From an uncultured cyanobacterium (GTDB taxonomy: Bacteria; Cyanobacteriota; Cyanobacteriia; Cyanobacteriales; Nostocaceae): a stretch of DNA of 64,000 nucleotides. Under the pieces are notes generated by a model. The model was not told the DNA's origin. It worked only from the letters and a program-made list of their open reading frames with translations, and searched no databases. The stretch is taken from positions 864,001-928,000 of the forward strand of contig CAVUDP010000002.1 in NCBI GenBank assembly GCA_963740315.1, given 5' to 3'. Positions 50,344-59,028 of the stretch are shown here, in pieces (the first letter of the stretch is position 1; each line of letters opens with the position of its first letter). The position numbers were made by a program, and so were the translations under genes.

Positions 50344-52068
50344 ATGAATTTAGAAACCTTTTTTTCCAACTTTGAATTATTCGCCGATGCACCGAATGGC
50401 GTGCAGAAATTACGCGAATTGATTTTACAATTAGCCGTACAGGGAAAATTAGTTCCGCAAAATCCCGATGATGAACCCGCTGCGGTTTTGTTGGAGAAGA
50501 TAAAAGCAGAGAAGGAAAGGTTAGTTAAGGAAGGGAAGATTAAGAAGTCGAAGGAATTGCCACCTGTTGATGTGGGTGAGATGGCTTTTGATTTACCGCA
50601 GGGTTGGGAGTGGGTGAGATGGGAAGATGTTGCTTTTCAAATTGGAGATGTAGATCATAAAATGCCTCAACAAGCTGAAGATGGCATACCCTATGTATCA
50701 CCTAGAGACTTCACAAAAGAAGGTGATATTGATTTTTCAGCGGCAAAAAAAATATCAATCGAAGATTTTGAACGACTACGACAGAAAATACAACCTCAAA
50801 AAGATGACATTATTTTTCCAAGATACGGAACAATAGGTGTTAACAGATATGTAAATACAGATATAGATTTTCTAGCTTCTTATTCTTGCGCTGTAATTAA
50901 GAATTTTTCTGGTTTTATTAGTCCAAAATATTCATACTATTACTCTATATCGTTACTGATTAAAAGCGAAATTACCAGATACATCAATAAAACTACACAA
51001 GCAAATGTTGGAGTCAAGTCAATACAAAATTTTATATTCCCCCTCCCCCCACTCAACGAACAACACCGAATCGTTGCCAAAGTAGACGCGCTGATGAAAC
51101 TATGCGACGAATTGGAAACACGATCGCAATTGGAGCGCGATCGCATTCTCAAATTAGGAGAAGTCGCAACCACCAAGTTACTCACCCCCAGCACCCAAGA
51201 ATCTTTTAAGCAGCACTGGAAAACCATCAGCGACAACTTCGACTTACTTTACAGCACCCCCGAAAACGTCAAACAACTGCGTCAAGCTATTCTGCAACTC
51301 GCTGTCATGGGTAAGTTAGTTCCGCAAAATCCATCGGATGAACCCGCTTCGGTTTTGCTGGAGAAGATTAAAGCTGAGAAGGAAAGGTTAGTTAAGGAAG
51401 GGAAGATTAAGAAGTCGAAGGAGTTGCCGTCTGTTGATGTGGGTGAGATGGCTTTTGATTTGCCGCAGGGTTGGGAGTGGGTGAGGTTAGGAGAAACAGC
51501 AAAAGTAATTGAGTATGGAACATCTTATAAATCAGTAGATGCAGGAGAAACAATTCCTATTTTTAGGATGAATAATATCCAAAACGGTCAAATTATCTTT
51601 AATAACCTCAAATATGTCCCAGATTCGATAAAAGATTTACCTAGACTTTACCTAGAAAATAATGACATTCTTTTTAATCGAACGAATAGTTATGAATTAG
51701 TTGGTAAGACAGGTATTTTTAAAGCAGAAAGTAACCAATATACTTTTGCTTCATATTTAATTCGAGTTTCTCTTTTTTATGAGTATATAAATCCAGAGTT
51801 TATTAATATCTCAATGAATTCTTGCTACTTTAGACAAACTCAGATTGAACCTGAAATTACACAGCAGTGTGGACAAGCAAATTTCAATGGAACAAAGCTG
51901 AAAAATTCAATTATTCCCCTCCCACCCCTCAACGAACAACACCGCATCGTCACCAAAGTAAACCAAATGATGTCTTTATGCGATGAACTTGAAGCTAAGC
52001 TAACGCAGTCTATCGGGGATAGAGAGAAGTTGATGTCGGCAGCAGTGCGTCAGGTTTTGGCGGCTTGA
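50344..52068 (+). CDS. hsdS: Type I R-M specificity subunit S
   Basis: Two TRDs, each preceded by ILQLAV.GKLVPQ.P.DEPA..LLEKI...LPQGWEWVR and followed by PLPPLNEQHRIV.KV. Confidence 0.95.
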   Translation: MNLETFFSNFELFADAPNGVQKLRELILQLAVQGKLVPQNPDDEPAAVLLEKIKAEKERLVKEGKIKKSKELPPVDVGEMAFDLPQGWEWVRWEDVAFQIGDVDHKMPQQAEDGIPYVSPRDFTKEGDIDFSAAKKISIEDFERLRQKIQPQKDDIIFPRYGTIGVNRYVNTDIDFLASYSCAVIKNFSGFISPKYSYYYSISLLIKSEITRYINKTTQANVGVKSIQNFIFPLPPLNEQHRIVAKVDALMKLCDELETRSQLERDRILKLGEVATTKLLTPSTQESFKQHWKTISDNFDLLYSTPENVKQLRQAILQLAVMGKLVPQNPSDEPASVLLEKIKAEKERLVKEGKIKKSKELPSVDVGEMAFDLPQGWEWVRLGETAKVIEYGTSYKSVDAGETIPIFRMNNIQNGQIIFNNLKYVPDSIKDLPRLYLENNDILFNRTNSYELVGKTGIFKAESNQYTFASYLIRVSLFYEYINPEFINISMNSCYFRQTQIEPEITQQCGQANFNGTKLKNSIIPLPPLNEQHRIVTKVNQMMSLCDELEAKLTQSIGDREKLMSAAVRQVLAA

Positions 52069-52075
52069 TTTTTAT

Positions 52076-52693
52076 TTACCCTTCTTTCATACTGCTGTAT
52101 AAAGATGGTAATGCAACTCTTCCATGAAAACTTCTGTAGCGTCCTGAAAAATGTTCCAGATATGGATGTGCTAAAGTAGTACGTCTTTTTGCTACTCCAG
52201 CAATTATCTGAGAATATAAAACATCTGCCTCCACTGCAAAAACTTTTTTAAAATCTGCTGTTAATTCAGGTAAACCTTCTTCCTCTAAGTCTAAATCTGA
52301 CGATATCATTTCAAAAAAATAAAATCGTTCGTGACGATTGGCGCTGACTAACTCCCATTCTTTTCTATTATCAATTAAACTTTTATTAGGTCTTATTGAT
52401 TGAGCGGTATCAATTTCACACAATAATATAGAATTTAATAACTTCCCACGCTTTTTTTCTATTTCTCCTGTTGACTGAATCTCTTCTCTAGCTCGAAAAT
52501 CCCAATCTAAATCGCAATCTTGGGTGGTAACAATTACGTAAGGATGAATAATTTTTTCAAGTTTAATATCATCATTTTCAAATTGAGAACTATCTGTAAT
52601 AATCGGTTTATACTGAATAATTCCCGTCAAAAATTCTCCTTGTCTAAGGGCTGAATCTCTGACAGATATATCGTATTTAGGTAATTCTGACAT
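52076..52693 (-). CDS. Uncharacterised protein with QG(E/D)...TQDCDL motif
   Basis: 205 aa ORF, last gene of a tight three-gene unit; LRQGE, VIVTTQDCDL, L.ADF, L..PY.EH....Y..F.GRVALP. Confidence 0.75.
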   Translation of the reverse strand: MSELPKYDISVRDSALRQGEFLTGIIQYKPIITDSSQFENDDIKLEKIIHPYVIVTTQDCDLDWDFRAREEIQSTGEIEKKRGKLLNSILLCEIDTAQSIRPNKSLIDNRKEWELVSANRHERFYFFEMISSDLDLEEEGLPELTADFKKVFAVEADVLYSQIIAGVAKRRTTLAHPYLEHFSGRYRSFHGRVALPSLYSSMKEG

Positions 52694-52699
52694 GAATAA

Positions 52700-53107
52700 T
52701 TAATCCAAATCTAAAACCAGAGGAGGTCGAGTTTGTGCGGGATTTACCTTTGCTTTAATTACTTTGGGTGGTAAGCTTTCTTGTGAAGAATCAAAATCAT
52801 TTGTAAAATCGCTGTAATATTCTTTAATGCTTTCCAATTCACTAACGGCTTCATCTAATCCTTCTTGAGGAAGTAGACTTAAAAGAAGTATACATTTTAA
52901 TAAATTTACAATTTGAGGTATTTGTGAATCAGGAAATTCTACTTCAAAACTGACCTGAGAAGTAGGATTTATATAAGGATATGAAATTGAATCATCTACT
53001 TTTTCGTATGACCTTCTAACAGTAATTGAAACGTTACTTTCTGACTCTAAACTATTATCGATCGCTGGTGCTAATTGATTTAGGCTCCATTGCGTCATGG
53101 AGTTCAT
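52700..53107 (-). CDS. Uncharacterised acidic protein
   Basis: ORF open from 53173; ATG at 53107 or 53098 more plausible; overlaps the 3' end of the upstream gene and ends 6 bp before the next. Confidence 0.6.
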   Translation of the reverse strand: MNSMTQWSLNQLAPAIDNSLESESNVSITVRRSYEKVDDSISYPYINPTSQVSFEVEFPDSQIPQIVNLLKCILLLSLLPQEGLDEAVSELESIKEYYSDFTNDFDSSQESLPPKVIKAKVNPAQTRPPLVLDLD

Positions 53108-53873
53108 CCGTAATACTCCATCGGAAAAGTTTCCCTGCTGAATGCTTAAATTTGTCAATGATAGTCCAGACATCTTTTTTATCTAATCTTCCTATAGTAA
53201 AAAAATTTGACTCTAACAAATATGCTGCTTCTTGATGCTTTTTTTCTTCGTCTTGAGCTATAACTAACCCATGATTAAATTTTAATTGCCCATTTTCTAC
53301 ATCTTCTATTCTTATTTCTATATTTTTTATAGAAGCTTTTAATGAAGCAGCAATTTCTGGACTATGAAGTTCTGAAGCAATATGAACGGGTATAAGTTCT
53401 GACCAATTTTTATCTTTGATATCTAAATTAGAACGAACTATTAAATCTTGATATTTTAAACTAACTCTAGTATAAAAAGATGGTTTATAACTATTTTCAA
53501 ATGTTTCTAAAACTCTCTGAAACTTCAATTTAAAATCTTCATATTTTTCATATTCTGTTGTAGAAAGTGATATAAAATCTTGGTTTAAAGACAATTGCCA
53601 TTTTAAATTTTCCGATTTAAAGTGATAAATAGTATTTTGTGTATTCAGAGAAATACCTAACTGCTGAGACATTTTCAATACTTCAGTAGGTAATCCAGGA
53701 ATATTAACGGTTTTTTGAACTTCATAGATAGGATAATCAAATCGAATTATATCTTGAAATTCTGCTGGCTCTTGATTGCTAATTTTGAGAATCGTCGGAA
53801 ATCGTAACAGGCAAACCACTTCAATCAATGGATTGCGTTGATAAATTACCCGCTCGTAATCAGGAAGTTTCAT
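53055..53873 (-). CDS. TIGR04255-like protein
   Basis: Y.RNPL.EVVC.LRFP, Y.F.S....W...L...F.SL.T..Y..YE.F, RV.L.Y.D, F.WSIT pattern recalled for this family. Confidence 0.75.
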   Translation of the reverse strand: MKLPDYERVIYQRNPLIEVVCLLRFPTILKISNQEPAEFQDIIRFDYPIYEVQKTVNIPGLPTEVLKMSQQLGISLNTQNTIYHFKSENLKWQLSLNQDFISLSTTEYEKYEDFKLKFQRVLETFENSYKPSFYTRVSLKYQDLIVRSNLDIKDKNWSELIPVHIASELHSPEIAASLKASIKNIEIRIEDVENGQLKFNHGLVIAQDEEKKHQEAAYLLESNFFTIGRLDKKDVWTIIDKFKHSAGKLFRWSITDELHDAMEPKSISTSDR

Positions 53874-54209
53874 CTAAAAACGCACCTTAAAGTGTATACC
53901 TATCTTAACTTGTAATTGATTATTTTAACAGGGCAAAAATGCCCAAACCGCTACTGGCTAGGTTTTACAGGTTATGGATAGACTTATAACCCGGATGCAA
54001 AAGTTCCTAAATCATTAAAAAGCTCTATACTGTCAGAAAAATTAATTTTTCAAATATAATTTCTAAAAGTCAAGCTTAGTTTGTGCTTTGCCTCTTATTT
54101 TACATTTATAATCATTCATACCCAGATTCAATAATGCCATTCACCTCTGGTTCCCATAATCTACACTAGTGATAAATCCCCAGTCTATAGTCAAGAATTT
54201 TTATCACCA

Positions 54210-54965
54210 ATGTCTGAAGCATATCTTTTAGTATCCCACGGAAGTCGCGATCCGCGTCCTGAAGTCGCGATGGAAGAGTTAGCGCGAAATCTCAGCAATA
54301 AATTAGAAAGTAACTCGAATTCTGATGCGATCGCTAATATATTGTCGCCAACGAAATGCGATTATCAAATAGGTACGGCTTATTTGGAATTACATCCTCA
54401 ACCGCTACACGAGCAAATTGTAGATTTTAGCCGCAAAGCGATCGCTAATGGATGCCGTCATTTAAAAATATTGCCTTTGTTTCTACTGCCGGGAATTCAC
54501 GTTACCGAAGATATCCCCGAAGAGGTGAATTTAGCTCAAAAAACTTTGGGAGAAGATATTTCCATCGAGTTGCAACCATATTTAGGCTCTCACTCGGGTT
54601 TACGAAGGTTGCTTGCAAACAAGATTACCGATATATCTTTAGATAGCAGAATTATTGTAGCCCACGGTAGCCGTCGCGTGGAAGCAAATTCCAGCATTGA
54701 AGCAATGGCTATTTCTTTGAATGCGGTTGCTGCTTATTGGGCTGTGGCTCCGAGTTTAAAAGATATTGTGGCTCAGTTAGTCGCTGATGGGAAGAAAAAA
54801 ATCGCAATTATACCTTATTTCTTATTCGCAGGTGGTATTACCGATGCCATCGCGGAATCTATACAAGATTTAAAATTACAGTTTCCTGGGGTAAGTTTTG
54901 AATTATACGAGCCTTTAGGAGGAAATGGGGAATTAACCGATTTAATTTGGGATTTGATGCAATGA
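54210..54965 (+). CDS. cbiX: Sirohydrochlorin chelatase (CbiX/SirB family)
   Basis: HGSRDP, AYLE, PLFLLPG.H..EDIP, second HGSR, PYFLF.G. Confidence 0.85.
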   Translation: MSEAYLLVSHGSRDPRPEVAMEELARNLSNKLESNSNSDAIANILSPTKCDYQIGTAYLELHPQPLHEQIVDFSRKAIANGCRHLKILPLFLLPGIHVTEDIPEEVNLAQKTLGEDISIELQPYLGSHSGLRRLLANKITDISLDSRIIVAHGSRRVEANSSIEAMAISLNAVAAYWAVAPSLKDIVAQLVADGKKKIAIIPYFLFAGGITDAIAESIQDLKLQFPGVSFELYEPLGGNGELTDLIWDLMQ

Positions 54966-55723
54966 ACCGGGAAAACACGCAAAAAGCTGTGGGTAAGGTG
55001 TATCTAGTAGGCGCGGGACCCGGAGATGCGGGGTTGATGACTCTCAAGGGGAAGGCGTTGTTAGAAACTGCCGATGTAGTTATCTATGATGCTTTGGTGA
55101 GTCCGGAAATTCTCTTAATGGTTAACCCTGTTGCCGAAAAAATTAACGCTGGAAAAAGACAGGGAAGGCATTCTTTACCGCAAAATCAAACCACTGAATT
55201 ATTAATTGAAAAAGCTCAAGATCATGCGATCGTCGTGCGTTTGAAAGGCGGCGATCCCTTTGTTTTCGGGCGCGGTGGCGAAGAGATGCAAGATTTACTC
55301 AAAGCTGGAATATCTGTAGAAGTAGTGCCGGGAATCACATCGGGAATCGCCGCTCCTGCCTATGCAGGTATTCCCTTAACCCATCGGCTTTATAGTTCGT
55401 CGGTTACATTTGTCACCGGACACGAATCAGTAGGAAAATATCGTCCGGCAGTCGATTGGTTAAGTATTGCCAAAGGTTCGGAAACGATTGTGATATACAT
55501 GGGAATTCAAAATTTAGCTTATATTATCGAAGAGTTATTAAAAGCAGGTTTAGATAAAGATACTTCCATCGGTTTAATCCGTTGGGGTACTCGCCCAGAG
55601 CAGGAAGAATTAATCGGTAAATTAGCAACGATTATCGAGCAAGTTGAAAAAACCGGCTTTGAAGCACCAGCGATCGTTGTGATTGGTGCGGTAGTGAATT
55701 TGCATTCAGTTTTGAAGAGTTAG
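54962..55723 (+). CDS. cobA: Uroporphyrinogen-III C-methyltransferase
   Basis: VYLVGAGPGD, RLKGGDPFVFGRGGEE, VPGITS; ATGA overlap with cbiX. Confidence 0.95.
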   Translation: MNRENTQKAVGKVYLVGAGPGDAGLMTLKGKALLETADVVIYDALVSPEILLMVNPVAEKINAGKRQGRHSLPQNQTTELLIEKAQDHAIVVRLKGGDPFVFGRGGEEMQDLLKAGISVEVVPGITSGIAAPAYAGIPLTHRLYSSSVTFVTGHESVGKYRPAVDWLSIAKGSETIVIYMGIQNLAYIIEELLKAGLDKDTSIGLIRWGTRPEQEELIGKLATIIEQVEKTGFEAPAIVVIGAVVNLHSVLKS

Positions 55724-55787
55724 GAGTTATTTGACTTTCTTTTATAAAGGGCTGTTTCATTCCCTCAAAAGTTTGTAAATCCGGTTG

Positions 55788-55854
55788 AGAAGTCGGGTTT
55801 TTTTATGTGAAAATATCTGTAACAACCTGACAATTTTATAAAAACCCGACTTCT
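55788..55854. repeat. Dispersed inverted-repeat element, copy 2 of the 20874 family
   Basis: AGAAGTCGGGTTTT...AAAACCCGACTTCT. Confidence 0.8.
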
Positions 55855-55910
55855 GACCATTGAAATCATATGGTTCAAGCCGCTGGATTCATCCGTGGGC
55901 ATTAATTGCG

Positions 55911-55931
55911 TTCAGGCGGAGCCTGCGGCTT
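55911..55931. mobile_element. 21-nt hairpin insertion at a near-HIP1 site (intergenic)
   Basis: GCG|TTCAGGCGGAGCCTGCGGCTT|ATTGC; stem CAGGC-GGA-GCCTG; removal gives GCGATTGC. Confidence 0.55.
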
Positions 55932-55949
55932 ATTGCGAATTGTACTGAC

Positions 55950-58343
55950 TCATGCTGTTGGTTCACCAAAACCAAACAAATTAAACAGCCAGTGATACCA
56001 TTCAGGTTTATTTATAAAAACCTTTAAAGCTGACTCCAAATCAACATCCAAATCTCTATTTTGAATATCAATAATTAATTTATAAATAAGTTCCAAGTGA
56101 ATCCTATCTGGCTTAGAAAAGAAAATAAATTTGCCATTATGAGAATTGTTTAGCTGACTTATCTTCTCTTTAGCAACAGGACCTTTAATTTCAGTTAAGC
56201 GCTCATCTCGGAATAAACTAAAGCTGTCTTTGGGGTGCAAGCATACTAACTCGTTGAAATTACCAATTCGACTAGTAAAAGACGCATTAGGAGACACTTG
56301 CAGAAAACCCAGTACATAGTTTTGACGCTCGGTTTCAATCACAATATGCTCTGGTAATACTCGTTTTCCTAACTTATAAAAAGTCAATTTAATCGGTTTG
56401 ATATTGTTGAAAGCTTCGGCAATAGTCTTGAGTTTACCGATATCATCCGAATCAGAAATAATCGGCAGTTTATGATATTGCCCTTCCAAATAAGTTTTTT
56501 GCTTGGTTAAATACTCAATAACATATTCTTCTATTCGCTTTTCTTCACTTTTAATTTCAGGAACAAGCTGTTTTCCCAAGTCTTCCATGTCAACCGAACC
56601 CGGTGTTTGCATCTCCTGTATAATGCCCAGTAATGCTTGTTTAAATAGCTGTTGCTCGGAAGCTAATATTCGTAACTGCTGTTCTATTTTTTCATTACCG
56701 TCTAACTTCCGAACATTTTCTTTTATAGAGGGTAAAGGAATTTGACAAACCCGATAATTGTAGTATTCAGCGGCTCGATTCAAAACCGCACGCACAGATT
56801 TTTGTTCGAGAATATCCTCTAAATCTTCAGCTAAAAATATTTTTGCTAAAGGAATATTTATAGTTTGCAGCTTGACTTTGAGAATAGATAAAAGTTCGTT
56901 TTCCTGCGGTCTTTGTAACTGAATTTGATACTGAGATACTCTACCAATAATTGAGTTATCAAAAATATCTTTAAACTGCTCCCAGCGATCGGGAAACATA
57001 TTTAGGATAATCAAGCTATTAGGAACGTGGGTGAAAATTTCCTTAATAGTTTCTCCAAACTGGAGCAATATCTCTTTATTTTGAGGAAGTCCCAATCCTT
57101 CCAACTGGTCGAAAATAATAATTAAAGGCTGATCGAGGATAGATAATTTACCTAAAACCGAAATAGCTTCTAAAGAAAATTGTTCTAAGCTAAGGTTTTC
57201 TTGCCAATTTGGTAAACCAACTTTTTCTGCTTCCTCTTTTGATAAAGCCTGACCTGCTAGCCAACGTGTAGCAATATTTTTGTAATTATAGTCCGTGTAG
57301 CTACAATACTTTATAATTCCCTTGAGAATTGAGAAAGCAAAACCACCAGCCGAGTAATTTTTGTTCCACCAGTCATTGATTCGTTTGTGAATTTGCTGCC
57401 AGTATACTGCCTTAGTATAAGTTCCTTCTCCCCCAAGAGCATCTATATTATCATCCTTTAGTGCTTGAATAATTTCTTGGTCTTTTTTAGTGAGATTTGG
57501 GACATCAGCAACAATTTTATCAAAGCTATTAATAATTAGATAATCTAATTGAGTAAATGTTCCAACTCGCTCGACTAAAGACTCCAAAATGCGGCTGTAA
57601 ATATGGTACAGCACAGACGAAGAATTGTTAGGCTGACGGATAAAAAGCAATCGATTACTTGATAATCGCGCTTTTGTTAATCGCATCATTAAATGAGTCT
57701 TTCCCGAACCTGGTTCTCCAATTACCACCGCTCCTTTGCTTTGATGATTGTCATCGAGTTCAATATTTTTTAATATTGACTCAAGAGTAATAAATTGTTG
57801 GTGATAGGTATCGAAGTCATCGGGGTGATTTTGAAAAGGGGTATCAACTCGACTGCTGCTAAATGGATTTGGTTGTTCTTTTAATTTGTCCAACATTAAC
57901 TGGCGATAAAGGTAATAGGTAAACTCTGCATCATACCGGGCAGAATGAGCCATATCCCGGATAAAGTAGCGGTTATTAACCCGCAAATTTAAATATTTAC
58001 TGAGATATTCTAAAGAGTAGCTTTCCAGCCCTAACCAATGATTTTTTGCTTTTATACAAGTGCAATCAAATTCCAGGGGAGGAACTTTTAAACCCGCTTT
58101 ATGGAAGCTGAATTTAAGTACTTGAATATCGTGTTTAGCATAGTGACAAACTATTTTCTTCCCTTGAACAATGTTTAAAAAGTCGGATAATAAACTCTTT
58201 AAACTTTTGAGATTAGGCAAATGAGAACCATTATTGGCATAGTCGCTAGAAAACCCTTCGTAGATTACACGTCCCTGACTATCTATAATTGCCAGTTCGC
58301 TTAATTCTGGCTTGCCCTCAGTATCAATAACTACGTAATCCAT
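55950..58343 (-). CDS. DEDDh 3'-5' exonuclease fused to a P-loop ATPase
   Basis: VIDTEG, H.A.HD and HSA.YDA exonuclease motifs in aa 1-150; Walker A GEPGSGKT; Walker B IIIFDQLE. Confidence 0.85.
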   Translation of the reverse strand: MDYVVIDTEGKPELSELAIIDSQGRVIYEGFSSDYANNGSHLPNLKSLKSLLSDFLNIVQGKKIVCHYAKHDIQVLKFSFHKAGLKVPPLEFDCTCIKAKNHWLGLESYSLEYLSKYLNLRVNNRYFIRDMAHSARYDAEFTYYLYRQLMLDKLKEQPNPFSSSRVDTPFQNHPDDFDTYHQQFITLESILKNIELDDNHQSKGAVVIGEPGSGKTHLMMRLTKARLSSNRLLFIRQPNNSSSVLYHIYSRILESLVERVGTFTQLDYLIINSFDKIVADVPNLTKKDQEIIQALKDDNIDALGGEGTYTKAVYWQQIHKRINDWWNKNYSAGGFAFSILKGIIKYCSYTDYNYKNIATRWLAGQALSKEEAEKVGLPNWQENLSLEQFSLEAISVLGKLSILDQPLIIIFDQLEGLGLPQNKEILLQFGETIKEIFTHVPNSLIILNMFPDRWEQFKDIFDNSIIGRVSQYQIQLQRPQENELLSILKVKLQTINIPLAKIFLAEDLEDILEQKSVRAVLNRAAEYYNYRVCQIPLPSIKENVRKLDGNEKIEQQLRILASEQQLFKQALLGIIQEMQTPGSVDMEDLGKQLVPEIKSEEKRIEEYVIEYLTKQKTYLEGQYHKLPIISDSDDIGKLKTIAEAFNNIKPIKLTFYKLGKRVLPEHIVIETERQNYVLGFLQVSPNASFTSRIGNFNELVCLHPKDSFSLFRDERLTEIKGPVAKEKISQLNNSHNGKFIFFSKPDRIHLELIYKLIIDIQNRDLDVDLESALKVFINKPEWYHWLFNLFGFGEPTA

Positions 58344-59028
58344 ATAAATTTATCATATGCATAATTTGCCAAAACTCACATACTTTATACTAATTATAAA
58401 TATAAATACTTGTAGATATTACTAAGTATTCATTTATGCCTATAAAGCGTATTTTGTGCTTAAATCCTTTGCAAGCAACGATCGCTCTAAAAATATTTAT
58501 ACTGTCTAAGGAAAATCTGAGTTTTCGTCTCCCGATTTATTAGTCATTATTATTGATAGAACTAAGTAATTACTAGTTCCCAAAATATACAAGGATTTAG
58601 TAGTAGCAAAAAATACCTTAATACTCAGAATAATTTAAATAAAAAAATATTCCTATACGTATATACGTAATACATTTATTGCAATTTGCCATCATATGCA
58701 GGATAGAAAATATGTATAGCTTTTAACAGTACCCGTAGGGGTACTTTTACGCTTTACCGCGTGTTGTGGGTAAGTTTCGTGTCTACGGTCGTATTAATAG
58801 TATATTCAGATATTTGCAGATGTTAATATATTGATTGCAATACGCACTTTTAAACAAGATTATATTTATTATCCGATCGATTCTCCCCATCTCCCCATCC
58901 CCCCATCCCCTTGTCCCCCCTCTCCCAATCCCCATCTGTAACACCGAATAGTTGAATATTTTTCGATTCAGCCTAAAATTAAACGACAGTAAAAATACTA
59001 GGTGGCTCTACGAGGAGTTGTATCGACG

